From assembly GCA_038087875.1 (NCBI GenBank), contig JAXLNO010005827.1, forward strand, positions 186,001-242,369: a stretch of 56,369 bases of DNA. Reading direction: 5' to 3'. Below, piece by piece: positions 12,568 through 24,364 of the stretch (positions are counted from its first letter, which is position 1; each line of letters begins with the position of its first letter). The translations under genes were made by a program, and so were the position numbers. Below the pieces are notes generated by a model. That model made no database searches and was not told where the DNA came from. It saw only the letters and a list, made by a program, of their open reading frames with translations. This DNA is from Malacoraja senta. Its lineage: Eukaryota.

Positions 12568-13419
12568 CTATTCCCAGTTTTTTGCTAAGACTTTAAATTC
12601 CTCGCTGTTCACTTTTCTCAAGAGGGAAATTTTACGCGGTGGCTTTGAAGGAACTTTAAGCTTTGTGTGCAGTTTTGCTTGGCTAATATAATGATCGCTA
12701 ATTCCAGCACACGATGAAACTTCCGAAATTAAATCTGGGTGAGAAGTGAACAATAAATCTAGAGTATTTTCGGTGCCACTTGTCTCATCACGTCTGGTAG
12801 GGAAAGTGACTTTTTGGGACAGGTGATTTTCCAGAGTAAGGTCAGCTAGGGCATCCTGGAGAGCTCCTTCTGGTTCACTTTGTATGCCGTCAGACCAATC
12901 TACACCTGGGACATTGAAATCGCCCCCCAGGATGATAAGTGGAGAGCGTGACGAGGCATTAATTTTGGAGATGATTGATCCAAGGTCTAAAAGAGGCTCC
13001 GTTTTCATGTCAGGTGGTCGGTAAGAGCTTCCGATCTGTAACGACTGACCCTCGAGTGTAGCTTGACACCAGATTTGCTCAGAGTCGCTGTTTAAGTCTG
13101 TACGTTCAAAACAAGGAATGGTATTGTTAACTCCGATGAAGACACCGCCTCCATGCGAGTTTCTGTCCTTTCTACAAATTTGAAGGTGAGGAGGGAAAAT
13201 CTCAGCAGATTTGATTGATGGGTCTAGCCAAGATTCAGACCCGATAAGGATATCAGGGTTTTCAGTTTCAATAAATGAATTGATCACAGCACATTTTCCT
13301 CTTATACTGCGGCAATTTATAACAGTGATTTTGATCCCATGTTCATTGCTGACATCATTGCGATCAATATCTTTGTTGGTACCATGAATCTCCTTTTGAG
13401 CATCACCATTACACGCCAC
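12568..13419 (-). pseudogene. LINE apurinic-like (APE) endonuclease
   Basis: Motifs INCRSI, SESWL, RKDR..GGGV, YRPP, GGDFN, TLDLLF and SDH. Confidence 0.92.
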
Positions 13420-13433
13420 TCAGGAGCAGTTTT

Positions 13434-13979
13434 TTAAAGTGTTATTTCCGGTAAGTGGCCAGCACAATTTGGGCTGGATGATCTTAAATTCTCATGATTC
13501 CATACGTCACAATCAGGGTCATCACTCAGAGATGTGAGACTTTCAAATGAATTGCTCAAGTTGAGCATACTTGTAAGGTCGCTTGACGAGTCAAAAAATG
13601 AGCTGGCAAGGTTGATGACATCGCACAATGGGCATAACCAGATGGCATTTGGATTTTTGGAGTGAAAACCAAAAGTGTCGTTTGACACATTGGAGCAGTT
13701 CAGGTGAAACCAACTTGTGCACATCGAGCACTGAATGCCAGAATCTTTAACAGCAAATGAGCACAAACCACACGGGTACTTTGGTTTACGTCCACGGTGC
13801 TGACCTTTTGGGCCAGGGTTGATGTTGATGTCCCCAGCCAGTAAATTGACAATAATGAACAATGGTAGGCGACCTCTAGGGTAGCCTAGAAAGGGGGTAG
13901 CTGAGCGTTTCGACCCATTTCCACGAAACGTATTTACGTATGTCTTCTGGACACTAATTTTGACGGACCATGGTCCCAT
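13434..13979 (-). pseudogene. LINE N-terminal segment: 2A-like peptide plus PHD finger
   Basis: LLAGDININPGP followed by CGLC-x10-CSMC-x4-H-x2-C-x18-WLCPLC (C4HC3). Confidence 0.85.
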
Positions 13980-14984
13980 TCATGGAAAATCCTCGATCCC
14001 AGTTGGGAGAAGACAATCAACAGAACCAAATACAACACTGGTGTTGATGTGTTTCGTATTCTTCCAGATCAAAGCATGGTACTAATTCAATCTTCGATTT
14101 TAGAAATCCAATACGGCACGAACGAGGTTACAGTATTCTATGTCATATATTGCAATTGGGCTGGGTGGCAGGAAAATCTTCAAGGTTAAAAACAGTTAAA
14201 AGCAGTAAGTTACCAGCGAAGATCACAAAATTGGTCTCGGCTGGTAGCACGGAATGCATGATGACAGGATAAAACGCTATTTTACTAGTTTAAAAAGAAT
14301 GTCACGATAAAATTGATCTTGGTTGTTAGCACAGCGATTTCCTTGCGCGATAAAAGATTAAAAAAGATTAAAAGATTAAAAACCCCACTTTACTAGTTAT
14401 AAAAAAAAAAGAAGGAAAATCGCGATAAATGAGAAAACTAAATAAGACACGGGAGGAAATAATAAACGTCCTCCCTTGGTGTTGTTAAGTTGTCAAGTCG
14501 TCCCTGTGTAACGGCCAAGGTCGGAGCGGCCCGGTGGACAGTGACAGTCAGCGCGGGCCCTGTCGTGGCCGAAGTGTACGGGTGGTCGGTGAAAATAAGT
14601 TGCCGTCGTCGGGCCTTAGTTTACCGCCGCCGTTGTTTTTGACCGGAGGGGGCTGCTGCGTTCGCGGTACTGCTGTTATTAGGTTGAAGCATATCCTCCC
14701 AAAATTATTGCCGAGTACAGATTGCTTTAAGAAGCATTGGGTTCTGGTGGTGAAAGTTTGATTTTCACACTGCAACTTGTGGACAAAGATTTTCCAGTAA
14801 CAGCCACTGTGATTGCTCCGGTGTGTAGCATGATGCATTATTGAAGCAGACAGATGAACCAGCCTAAACAAATGTCCAAATGGAGCTTTACAGCCATTCT
14901 ATAATTTCAGGTTGGAATTATCAACTGACCAAGAAAGGTCAAACAGTGGCAATGAATATATAGCCATTCCAATTGTTCTCAGGA

Positions 14985-15290
14985 AAAGGCCAATTGAAGA
15001 CAATAGGAGGATAGATTGAAGGTGAGAGGGAAACATTTAAAGAGGACCTGAGTACCAACTTTTGCACACACAAATTTGGTGGATATATGGAATAAACTGC
15101 CAGAGGGCATGGTAGAGGTTGGTTCAATTATAATTTTAAAAATAAATTTGGATAGGTTCCTGGATAGGAAAGGTTTTGAAGGATGTGGGCCCATTGCCGC
15201 TAAAGGGACAAACTCAGGAAGCCACCTTGGTCAACATTGTTGATTGGGCTGTAGGGCCTGTTTCCATGCTGTAAAACGTTATAAATTTAT
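14985..15290 (+). mobile_element. CR1/HER1 3' fragment
   Basis: ATATGGAATAAACTGCCAGAG...GGGCCTGTTTCCATGCTGTA tail. Confidence 0.75.
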
Positions 15291-15729
15291 GTCTCTGATG
15301 CTATAAACAGACACATGCCAAAAGCACAAGAATCATCATTAAATAGGCTTTTACTGGTAGTTTTGAGTACTGGTGGACTATTGACAAACAGTTGACAAGC
15401 AAAAGAGGATCAATCATTGGATTCTGCAATCTACTATTACTTTTCATTCAACAGAGCTATTAATGTACCATTGCTTCCCACTTATTTAAGCTTAGAAATG
15501 CCTAACTTAAAGGGAAGAGTAAGCTATTGTGCCAGAAGTCGTTGACTTTCAATAATACAAATCAAATATGATGGAATGCTGGTTGAGGTTGCTGGAATAG
15601 AGTGAGCATGCATTAAACTCAGCAATGGGAACTTAGTGATGGAGATATGTCAAAAATCATTTCAGAAGAGGTAGTGACATTATTGCAATTTTATGATTCA
15701 ACCAACATATATATTGAATTTCTTGTTGT

Positions 15730-16395
15730 TAGAATGAGAGGAATAGATCAGATAAATGCACCGTCTTTTGACCAGAGTAGGGGAATCGAGAGCCAGGGGA
15801 CATAGGTTTAAGTCGAAGGGGAAAAAATATAATAGGAACCTGAGTTTAGTTTAGATTAGAGATTTAGCACATCGAAACAGGATAAATGTTTGGCCCACCA
15901 ATCGACCAATGATCCCCGGACATTAACACTATCCTACACACACTAGAGACAATTTACACTTATACCAAGCCAATTTACCTACATACCTGTATGTCTTTGG
16001 ATTGCGGGAGGAAACTGAAGATCTCAAGAAAACCCACGCGGTCACAGGGAGACCTAGAAACTCCGTACAGACAGTACCCATAGTCGAGATCGAACCCGGG
16101 TCTCCGGCACTGCAAGCACTATAAATCAACAACTCTACCAATGTGCCGCTACTGGATAATTTTGTTAACACAAAGGGTGTTGGGTATATGGAACGATTGC
16201 TATAGAGGATATAGTTGAGGCAGGTACAATTGCAATATTTAAGAAGCATTAAGATAGTTACATGGGCAGGAGAGGTTTAGAGGGATACGGGCAGGAAGGT
16301 GGGACTAGTGTAGATGGGGCATGTTGGTTGGCATGGACAAGTTGGGCCGAAGAGCCTGTTTCCACGCTTTATGACTTTATGATGCCATGACTCTA
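15730..16395 (+). mobile_element. CR1/HER1 3' fragment split by a V-SINE
   Basis: CR1 sequence stops at AGGAACCTGAG (~15843) and resumes at GGATAATTTTGTTAACACAAAGGGTG (~16155). Tail is TATGACTTTATGATGCCATGACTCTA. Confidence 0.78.
15844..16150 (-). mobile_element. HE1-type V-SINE
   Basis: (TTTAG)n tail, V-core and B-box on the minus strand. Confidence 0.88.
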
Positions 16396-18019
16396 ATTAG
16401 AATGAGTACCCTTGTTCAAAACTCCTGTAACTGTGTTTCCAGTACCCCAGTTCTTCCAAAATTCAATTCTGATGAAAAAATGATTTAGTGGGGTAGTTAT
16501 CGAGTAGATGTTATTAGGCCCAGAACTGAAGATGACGAATATACTCAAGATAATCACCAGTAAATCCAACAGGAATTCAGCAAAAAGCCAAGAGGGTGGT
16601 TAGAAGGTAGAACTCACTAGCACAATACTAGATAAATGCAAAAAGGAGTGAAAGGATATGTTGATCTAATTTGGTAAATAATAATGAGAGGAAGTTTATA
16701 CCATCATGGATTAATTAAGTTATATTACAGATCTGTGTGCTTTAAGTAATATTTGGGTAATCTACTCTGTTCTTATAGAGGGAAGAAAATATAGAACAAG
16801 GCAGGACTATTTCTGCAATTTATAATTTATAATTAGCTCAGTCATTCCTTTAACAATATATTTAATGTCCAAAGGGAGCTGATTGCTGAAAAAAAAACCT
16901 GATTGAAGATTGCCTTGTGAAATTTCTTCCTGATTCATGAGATTGTCCAGTGAAGCCCCAAAGTAGCAATCTAGTTCAGCTTACATAAAAAGGCTGTAAT
17001 ATTAATTCATCAAGAATGCAGTAAAATATTGCACAGTACTTTGTATTTGCAGTCATTTTAACCAAAAAGGGTGCTTCTGAGTCTTAGTTTACTAAATATA
17101 AAATTCAACACATTTACAAAGTAAGAAGAAGAAATCTTAATGTATTTTGTATTTTATTTTGCAAAAAGCATGCGTAAAATCATGCAAAATTATTCAGTTG
17201 CTATAATTCACAACAGAATTAATGAATTCACAAAATATTATTCAAAAGCCTGATTGAGTTGATCAGCATAAAGAAAAACAAATTATATGTCAGGACGACT
17301 CAAAGAACTGATGGCAACAATTGTTAAGAGATCATCAGACATGAATAATAACATCCATTCGTACTGTCAATGTATCATGTAGGATCTTAAACATCGGTTC
17401 TTACAATAATTTTAAAACATGTTCCATATAGTTATTTGTCAAGATCAGGCAGATTTTATGGTGGAAAATGATGCTGTGATGATCCAGTGAACCAGATTTA
17501 TTTTATATTCAAGCTCAGAAGGTATAATATACATCAGTAAATATTTCATTAAATGCAGATTGACTAGATTGGCACATGGTGTATTTGGATTTAGCCCAGG
17601 ATTTCATTCAATTGTATCCATGAATTTTATTAAGGTCCCATTTCCTCAGTGATTTAAAAAAAAACAGAGATGTTCCACACCTGTACCTTAATTAGAACAA
17701 TGCAATAAAAACTGTACATTTGATTTTGAGTTCAGAAGGCTGCAACATGCCCAGATGGAAGATAAAGCATTTTCCTTCAGGAATATTGAATCCTCCAGCT
17801 TTCGGTAACTCACTCTTTATGTCTCCATCAGACTGACCATTTCGGCCTGTTCACACCATGACTCTGGTTTTCTTTATTAATATAGCCTGGCCTATGGTGC
17901 GAGTCCCACAACCTTGTGATTTGCAATGTGTATAACGTGAATACATTTGCTTTGAAGTATTCAGAAAGAAAAATTATGTACTGCATTAATGTATTCTTGC
18001 TTTCTGAATTTAATATTAC

Positions 18020-18297
18020 AGCTTTACTTTACTTTAGACTTTGGAGATACAGCGCAGAAACAGTTCCTTCAGCCAAGTGAGTCCGCAACAACCAGCCAGC
18101 GCCCCATACTCTAGCACTATCCTACACATTGGGGACAATTTTACTGAAGCCAATTATGCTACAAACCTGTACATCTTTGGAGTGTGGGAGTAAACTGGAG
18201 CACCCGGAGAAAACGCATGTGGTCACAGGGAGAACGTACAAACTCTGTACAGACAGCACCCATGGTCAGGATCGAACCCTGGTCTCTGGTGTTGTAA
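18020..18297 (-). mobile_element. HE1-type V-SINE whose 5' tip lies at ~25286-25306 beyond nested insertions
   Basis: Core is present. The expected continuation CAACTCTACCGCTGCGCC is matched loosely by CTCTATCACTACAACACTGTGC at 25286. Confidence 0.8.
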
Positions 18298-18913
18298 AAG
18301 GCCTGTCTCACGAGTCTGCGGTCATTGGCGGCAAAACAAGAACAATCTACCACTCCTGGGCCGCCAGAGACCGCGGGCTCGGTCAAACGCCCGCCGCCGG
18401 GACCGTGCGGCGTTGTTCCCAACACTGCACGGTGCTAAAATAAAACCAACACTGTTCAAAAATATGTTCTTACCGCACAGCCGCCGCCAGTGAGGCACGA
18501 GTGCGGCACGGTCACCGCCACAGCCGCCGCCAGTGCGGCACGAGCGCCGTGCGTCGAACTTGCACCGCCACAGCCTCCGCCAGTGAGGCACGACCGCTGC
18601 CACAGCCGCCGTCACAGCCGCCGCTAGTGAGTCACGTGTGCCGCACGGCCGCCTCCACAGCCACCGCCACAGCGCCGCGATCAGCACTGCCGCCGCCACA
18701 GCCCCGCGGATCCAAAATGACGTCATCGCAGTCGGCCCGCCCTTTGTTTTTACTTACCGCAAGCTCGTGGGACCAGCCGTACTTAAATCACTCGGCCCCC
18801 GCGTAGCGCTCCCGCGGCATAGGCTCGGCGCTCTCGCCGTTGCCGTGAGGTCCCCTCTACTGGCGACGCCGCGCTTCACCGCCGATGACCGCAACACCGT
18901 GAGACAGAGCCTT
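18298..18913. mobile_element. Harbinger-type non-autonomous element with (GCC)n/CACAGCCGCC internal repeats
   Basis: TIRs AAGGCCTGTCTCACG..TGCGGTCATTGGCGG and CCGCCGATGACCGCA..CGTGAGACAGAGCCTT. Flanks are TAA and TAG. Confidence 0.75.
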
Positions 18914-21264
18914 TAGACTCTATCAAGATGGCGCCTACCTGCGGCGACATTTTGCGAACGGCACAATGAAAAATAGTAAAATACAGTATTTTTTAACTTG
19001 CCTGCATCAGAGAATCCACTGAAATCAACGCTGTAAGTAGCGAGCTGCTAACGCATTTAAATGCATGAGCGCTACTGCGAACTCCCAATGTTAGCGACAG
19101 TAAGGGAATCCCCGATCAGAGGGGAATCCCCAACCTCGCGAAGGAGTGCAGGTACAGCAAGAACCTTACCTGCTAACACCGGGGAGGCCTTCATGGAGTC
19201 CGGAATCAAGGCCGTTGTGCAGGATCACCCAGCAGCAACGGAGCTGGAGGTGCCGACTGTAAGGGAATCCCCGAACTCAGGGGATTCCCCGACCTCGCGG
19301 AGACCCGTAAGTACTCTACCTTTAAACACCGAGGAGGGCGCCATGGAGTACAGAAACGTGGCCGTCGGGCAGGGCTACAAGTAAGACTGAAGCGCAGGGG
19401 ACTTCGGCCTCCTCTCCCTACTATCCTACTGGCCAACGTACAGTCACTTGAAAACAAAGTGGAGGACTTAAGGGCAAGGCTGCTTTATCAAAGGGAGCTG
19501 AGGGAATGCTCTGTGTTCTGTTTCACAGACACATGGCTCACCCCCAGCTCCCCAGACTCAGCAGTCCAGCCTGAAGGGTTCTCCATCCACCGTATGGACC
19601 GTACGCAGGCATCTGGGAAAGGGAGAGGAGGGGGCGTTTACCTCATGGTCAACTCTGCGTGGTGCTCAGACGTGGCAGTCCTGTCCAACCCCTGCTCTCC
19701 ACACCTCGAACATCTGGCGGTGAGGTGCCGTCCCTTCTACCTTCCGAGGGAATTCACCTCCATCATCCTGACCGCGGTCTACATCCCACCCCAGGCAGAC
19801 GTCCGTCTGGCACTGGAGGAGCTGCACACCATGGTCAACAAACACCAGACGTCTTACCCCAAGGCGTTTACCACCATAGCTGGGGACTTCAACAAAGCAA
19901 ACCTCAAGAAATCACTCCCTAACTTAAACCAACATGTCTCCTGATGCACCAGAGGACCAAACAACCCCGACCACTGCTACACCACCATCAAGTATGCCTA
20001 TCGCTCTATCCCTCGCCCTCACTTCGGTAAATCTGACCATACCGCAGCGCTGCTTCTTCCTGCCGACATGCAGCAATTAAAGAGCGCACCCCCAGAGGTG
20101 AGAACTGTACAGAGCTGGTCGGGATGGGGTAGAGGAACAACTACAGGACTGTTTGGAGTCTGTAGACTGGGCAATGTTCAGGGACACGGCAACGGACCTG
20201 AATGAATACTCCACAGTTGTTACAGACTTCATTAAGAAATGTGTGGAGGACTGCTTCCCAACAAAAACCTTCCAAGTGTTTCCCAATCAGAAGCCTTGGA
20301 TGAACTATGAGATCCGCACTCTTCTGAAGTTCAGACACCGGGCATTCATGTCTGATGATACAGTTGTCTACAAGAAGAACAGATACAACCTTAGTAAGGC
20401 CATCAGAAAGGCCAAAGGGGACTTCTGCTCCAAGCTGGCGGATGAGACTGATGTTCGGCAGCTGTGGCGGGGCCTGAATCCTATCACAAGGCGAAATCAG
20501 GAGGCAGCTCGAATGTCGGCGAAACAACACTCCCTGACGAGTTTTACGCACGCTTTGATAGGGAGAACACAGATGTGCCTTCTTGAGCCCCCATTCGCTG
20601 TGATGGTATTTCGGTCATGGTCACAGTGGTTGACATCAGAAAATTCTTCAGAGGGGTGAACTTTCGGAAAGCGCCTGGTCCTGATGGTATACCCGGTCGT
20701 GTTCTAAAAACCTGTGCGGACCAACTGGCTGGAGGTTTTACGGACATTTTCAACCTCTCATTTCTGAGGTCTGAGGTTCCCACCTGCTTTAAAAGGGCAT
20801 CAATTATACCAGTGCCCAAGACGTGCCTCAACAACTATCGACCAGTGGCACTAACGTCGGTGGTGATGAAGTGCTTTGAGAGGTTGATCATGGCACAAAT
20901 CAACTCCTACCTCGACAAAAACCTGGACCCACCGCAGTTCGCTTACCGCCACAACAGATCAGTGGTGGATGCGATCTCGCTGGCTCTCCATTCCGCTCTG
21001 GACCACTTGGACAACAAAAACTCATATGTCAGGCTGTTATTCATTGACTACAGCTCGGCATTTAACACAATCATCCCCTCCAAGCTAGTTACCAAACTCT
21101 CAGAACTGGATCTCTGCGCATCTCTCTGCAATTGGATCCTCGACTTCCTCATTCACAGACCACAGTCTGTTTGTATTGGTGGAAATGTGTCAACGTCGAT
21201 AACAATCAGCACGGGAGCACCTCAAGGCTGCGTGCTCAGCCCCCTGCTGTACTCACTCTATACT

Positions 21265-24200
21265 CAAGTTAAGTCAAGTTTATTAGTCACAATGCTCGCG
21301 GATTGTGCAAAAAAACAAACAAACAAACTTCAAACAGAATGGAACACAAACACATATTCACATATTACATATTTGTGGGAGGGAAGAAAAGGAAAAAAAC
21401 AGCAATTTTAAAAAGACACCACACAACAGTAAATTGGTCCAGTAAAGTTAGTCCCTGGAGTGATAGGAGTTTACAGTCCTAATGGCCTCTGGGAAGAAAC
21501 CCCTTCTCATCCTCTCCATTCTCACAGCATGGCAATGGAGGCGTTTGCCTGACCGTAGCAGCTGGAACAGTCCGTTGCAGGGGTGGAAGGGGTCTCCCAT
21601 GATCTTATTGGCTCTGGAGTTGCACCTTCTGATGTATAGTTCCTGCAGGGGGGCGAGTGAAGTTCCCATAGTGCATTCGGCCGAACGCACTACTTTCTGC
21701 AGAGCCTTCTTGTCCTGGGCAGAGCAATTCCCAAACCAAATCGTGATATTTCCGGACAAGATGCTTTCCACAGCCGCTGAGTAGAAGCACTGGAGGATCC
21801 TCAGAGACACTCTGAATTTCCTCAATTGCCTGAGGTGGTAAAGGTGCTGCCTTGCCTTACTCACCAGTGCTGCAGCGTGTGATGTCCATGTCATATCCTC
21901 AGAGATGTGGATTCCCAGGTATTTAAAACAGCTCACCCTATCCACAGCATCCCCATTTATCCTCAATGGTGTGTACGTCCTCGGATGATGTGCCCTCCTA
22001 AAGTCCACGATCAGCTCCTTCGTTTTTTTTGATATTCAAGAGGAGGCTGTTGTCCTGACACCAGAGTGCCAGATCAGCCACCTCCTCCCGGTAGGCCTTC
22101 TCATCGTTATCGGAGATCAGACCCACCACCACAGTGTCATCAGCAAACTTGATTACCAAGCCACACAGTCATGTGTGTACAGGGAGTACAGTAGGGGGCT
22201 GAGGACGCAACCCTGGGGAGATCCTGTGCTCAGGGTGAGGGACTTCGATGTATTTCCCCCCATCTTGACTACCTGGGGCCTGGTGGTGAGAAAGTCCAGG
22301 ACCCAGGCACACAGGTGGGTGTTGAGCCCCAATTCCAGCAGCTTCTCGGCCAGTCTGGTGGGGACTATCGTGTTGAAAGCTGAACTGAAGTCTATGAACA
22401 GCATCCTCACGTAGCCCCCCTTCTGGCTGTCAAGATGAGAGAGAGCGGTGTACAGAACCTGGGAGACCGTATCGTCCGTGGATCTGTTCGGACGGTATGC
22501 GAATTGTAGCGGGTCCATGTTGCAAGGGAGGAAGGCGCAGATGTGTTTCTTGACTAGCCTCTCAAAGCATTTCATCACTACCGAGGTGAGGGCCACCGGA
22601 CGCTAGTTATTCAGACAGGCTGGGGAGGCATTTTTAGGTACCGGTACAATGATGGATCTTTTGAAGCAGGCAGGGTCTTGGCCAGGGAGAGGTTGAATAT
22701 TATAGTGAGCACCGGAGCTAGCTGCGTAGCACAGGACTTAAGTACTCTGGGCCTGCAGCTTTCCTCGTGTTCATCCGTGACAGAGCTCTCCTCACGTCGT
22801 GCTCGGACAACGAGAATGTGTGCACATTCCTCCCTACAGCTTCGATAGCCAGCACGCTGGCGGTATTGTCTTTAGTCGGCAGACCTGGGGTGATGTTGCC
22901 CGTCTCGAAACGAGCGTAAAAGGAGTTCAGGTCATCAGCTAGGAAGGTGCCGGCACTTCCAGTTGAGGGGGGGCTGCTCCGGTAGTTGGTTACAGTCCGT
23001 AGCCCCTGCCACAGGCGTCTGGTGTCCTGCTGCTCCATCTGTGACTCCATCTTGTCTCTGTACTTCCTTTTTGCGTCCTTCACCGCCCTTCGCAGTCGGT
23101 AGCACTTTATTTAGGTATGTTACAATACTTACCTTAAGCGGCGCTGCAGTTCTGTCACTGCCCGTGTGCGCGACTTTGGCGCCGTTGAGAGGGGGGCGGG
23201 TTTAAAATGCGGTATTTCTGAAGCCTATTCAAATCAATCTTGAACAGGCTATATAGTTGATGAAGAAAAATCGCTTTGATTGCCGTTCTCTGGAATTATT
23301 TTTAAACTGCGCTTACTAATTTAATTATTGTAGTAAATTAAAAATCATCTTCTAAAGCCGTGAAAAATAAACTGTGAACAAGGTACACAGTTTATTTTTT
23401 CATAAAAAAGTGCTTCTTAGGATAACTTTAATCAAAATTTCACATTGCGAGAAGGTGACTTATTCCCCATATGAACCGGCAGTATTTTTCCTGCCGACAT
23501 GGGGTTTAAATTCACCGCAAATGCAACGTTCCAATTGATCGCGTTCCAGAAAATCTCACTCGCAAGATGATTTAAATGGCCATTAATTTACGGGAATTAA
23601 ACATTAAATTCCTTCCATTTGGCCTATAAATGAATGACAATGACATTTAAAAATCATGTTATATTGTGAATTCTTGTGTGAAGGTAGAATGGACGGCATG
23701 AGATCGTCAGGTGCTCCAGGTCCGGCGAGCAGGAACAGGAAAGCATCTTGATATTTACAGGATTGCACCAGTTGTTATTGGTCATGAGGCATGAGGCAGA
23801 CTCCTCCACCATTGGATTTCCCAGGTGCTTCTGTTCTGTCGGCACGATGGACAGTGAAGGACTCAGTTGGGCAGATTACCTGATCCGGAATCAGTGAGGT
23901 CAGCCATGTTTTGGTCAGGCAGAGGATGTTGCAGTCCCTTATGTCCCGCTGGAATCTGACTCTCGCCCTGAGGTCATCCAGCTTATTTTCCAGGGACTGA
24001 ACGTTCGCCAGAAGAATGCTGGGCAGAGGAGGACGAAAGGCTTGGGCTCTCAGCCTATTCTGAATCCCCCCCCCCCCCTGCTTACCCCGATGTTTTCTCC
24101 GGGTTTTCCTTGGAGCCGCGCTCCCACTGTTGATGCCGCGGCGCGTTCTGTTGATCTCTGCTGGCCACGCTGGATCGGTAAGTACAGCGTTTAAAAAGTC

Positions 24201-24364
24201 TCCGTTTATGCTAGGGTTTAGATTTAAGAGGGTTTCACTGCCATACTTTGTTAGTACTAGGGAGTTGGAACTTAGAAATAAGTTAAAAGGAACATGAAAG
24301 TTAAAAATACGCACAGTTTTCGCGGAGCTGCCACGACGGCGACTGGACAGGGCCGCGCCATCTT
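21265..24364 (-). mobile_element. Rex1/Babar LINE copy B, antisense, inserted in copy A, internally deleted
   Basis: Minus-strand ORFs 23775-24314 (LLANVQSLENK), 22718-23083, 22153-22596 ([17 protein letters not shown]) and 21448-22008. 5' AAGATGGCG at 24364-24356. (ACTTG)n tail at 21265. Confidence 0.92.
23112..23682 (+). mobile_element. Truncated TIR element, same family as 32010-33050
   Basis: Starts TAGGTATGTTACAATAC. Collinear with 32010-32600 up to GAATTCTTGTGTGAA. Confidence 0.85.

Larger units (their letters stand above)
10668..14470 (-). mobile_element. CR1-group (CR1/L2/Crack-like) LINE with 2A-like motif, PHD finger, APE endonuclease and RT; near full length, disrupted
   Basis: Collinear minus-strand ORFs 13434-13979, 12568-13419, 12332-12520, 11713-12318 and 10745-11695. 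3' tail of (CCAAGAA)-like repeats at 10668-10693. 5' limit uncertain and may reach ~14675. Confidence 0.9.

Noticed and set aside
13428-13442. Programmed -1 frameshift between PHD and endonuclease ORFs
   Set aside because: The TTTAAAA run is not in the X XXY YYZ phase of the upstream frame. A 1-bp lesion is the simpler explanation.
14500-14680. CpG-rich host promoter
   Set aside because: It abuts the LINE 5' region and is more likely its UTR. No linked gene is visible.
18322-18916. Ala/Arg/Pro-rich ORFs
   Set aside because: They arise from GCC-rich internal repeats of a non-autonomous TIR element, with no transposase motifs.
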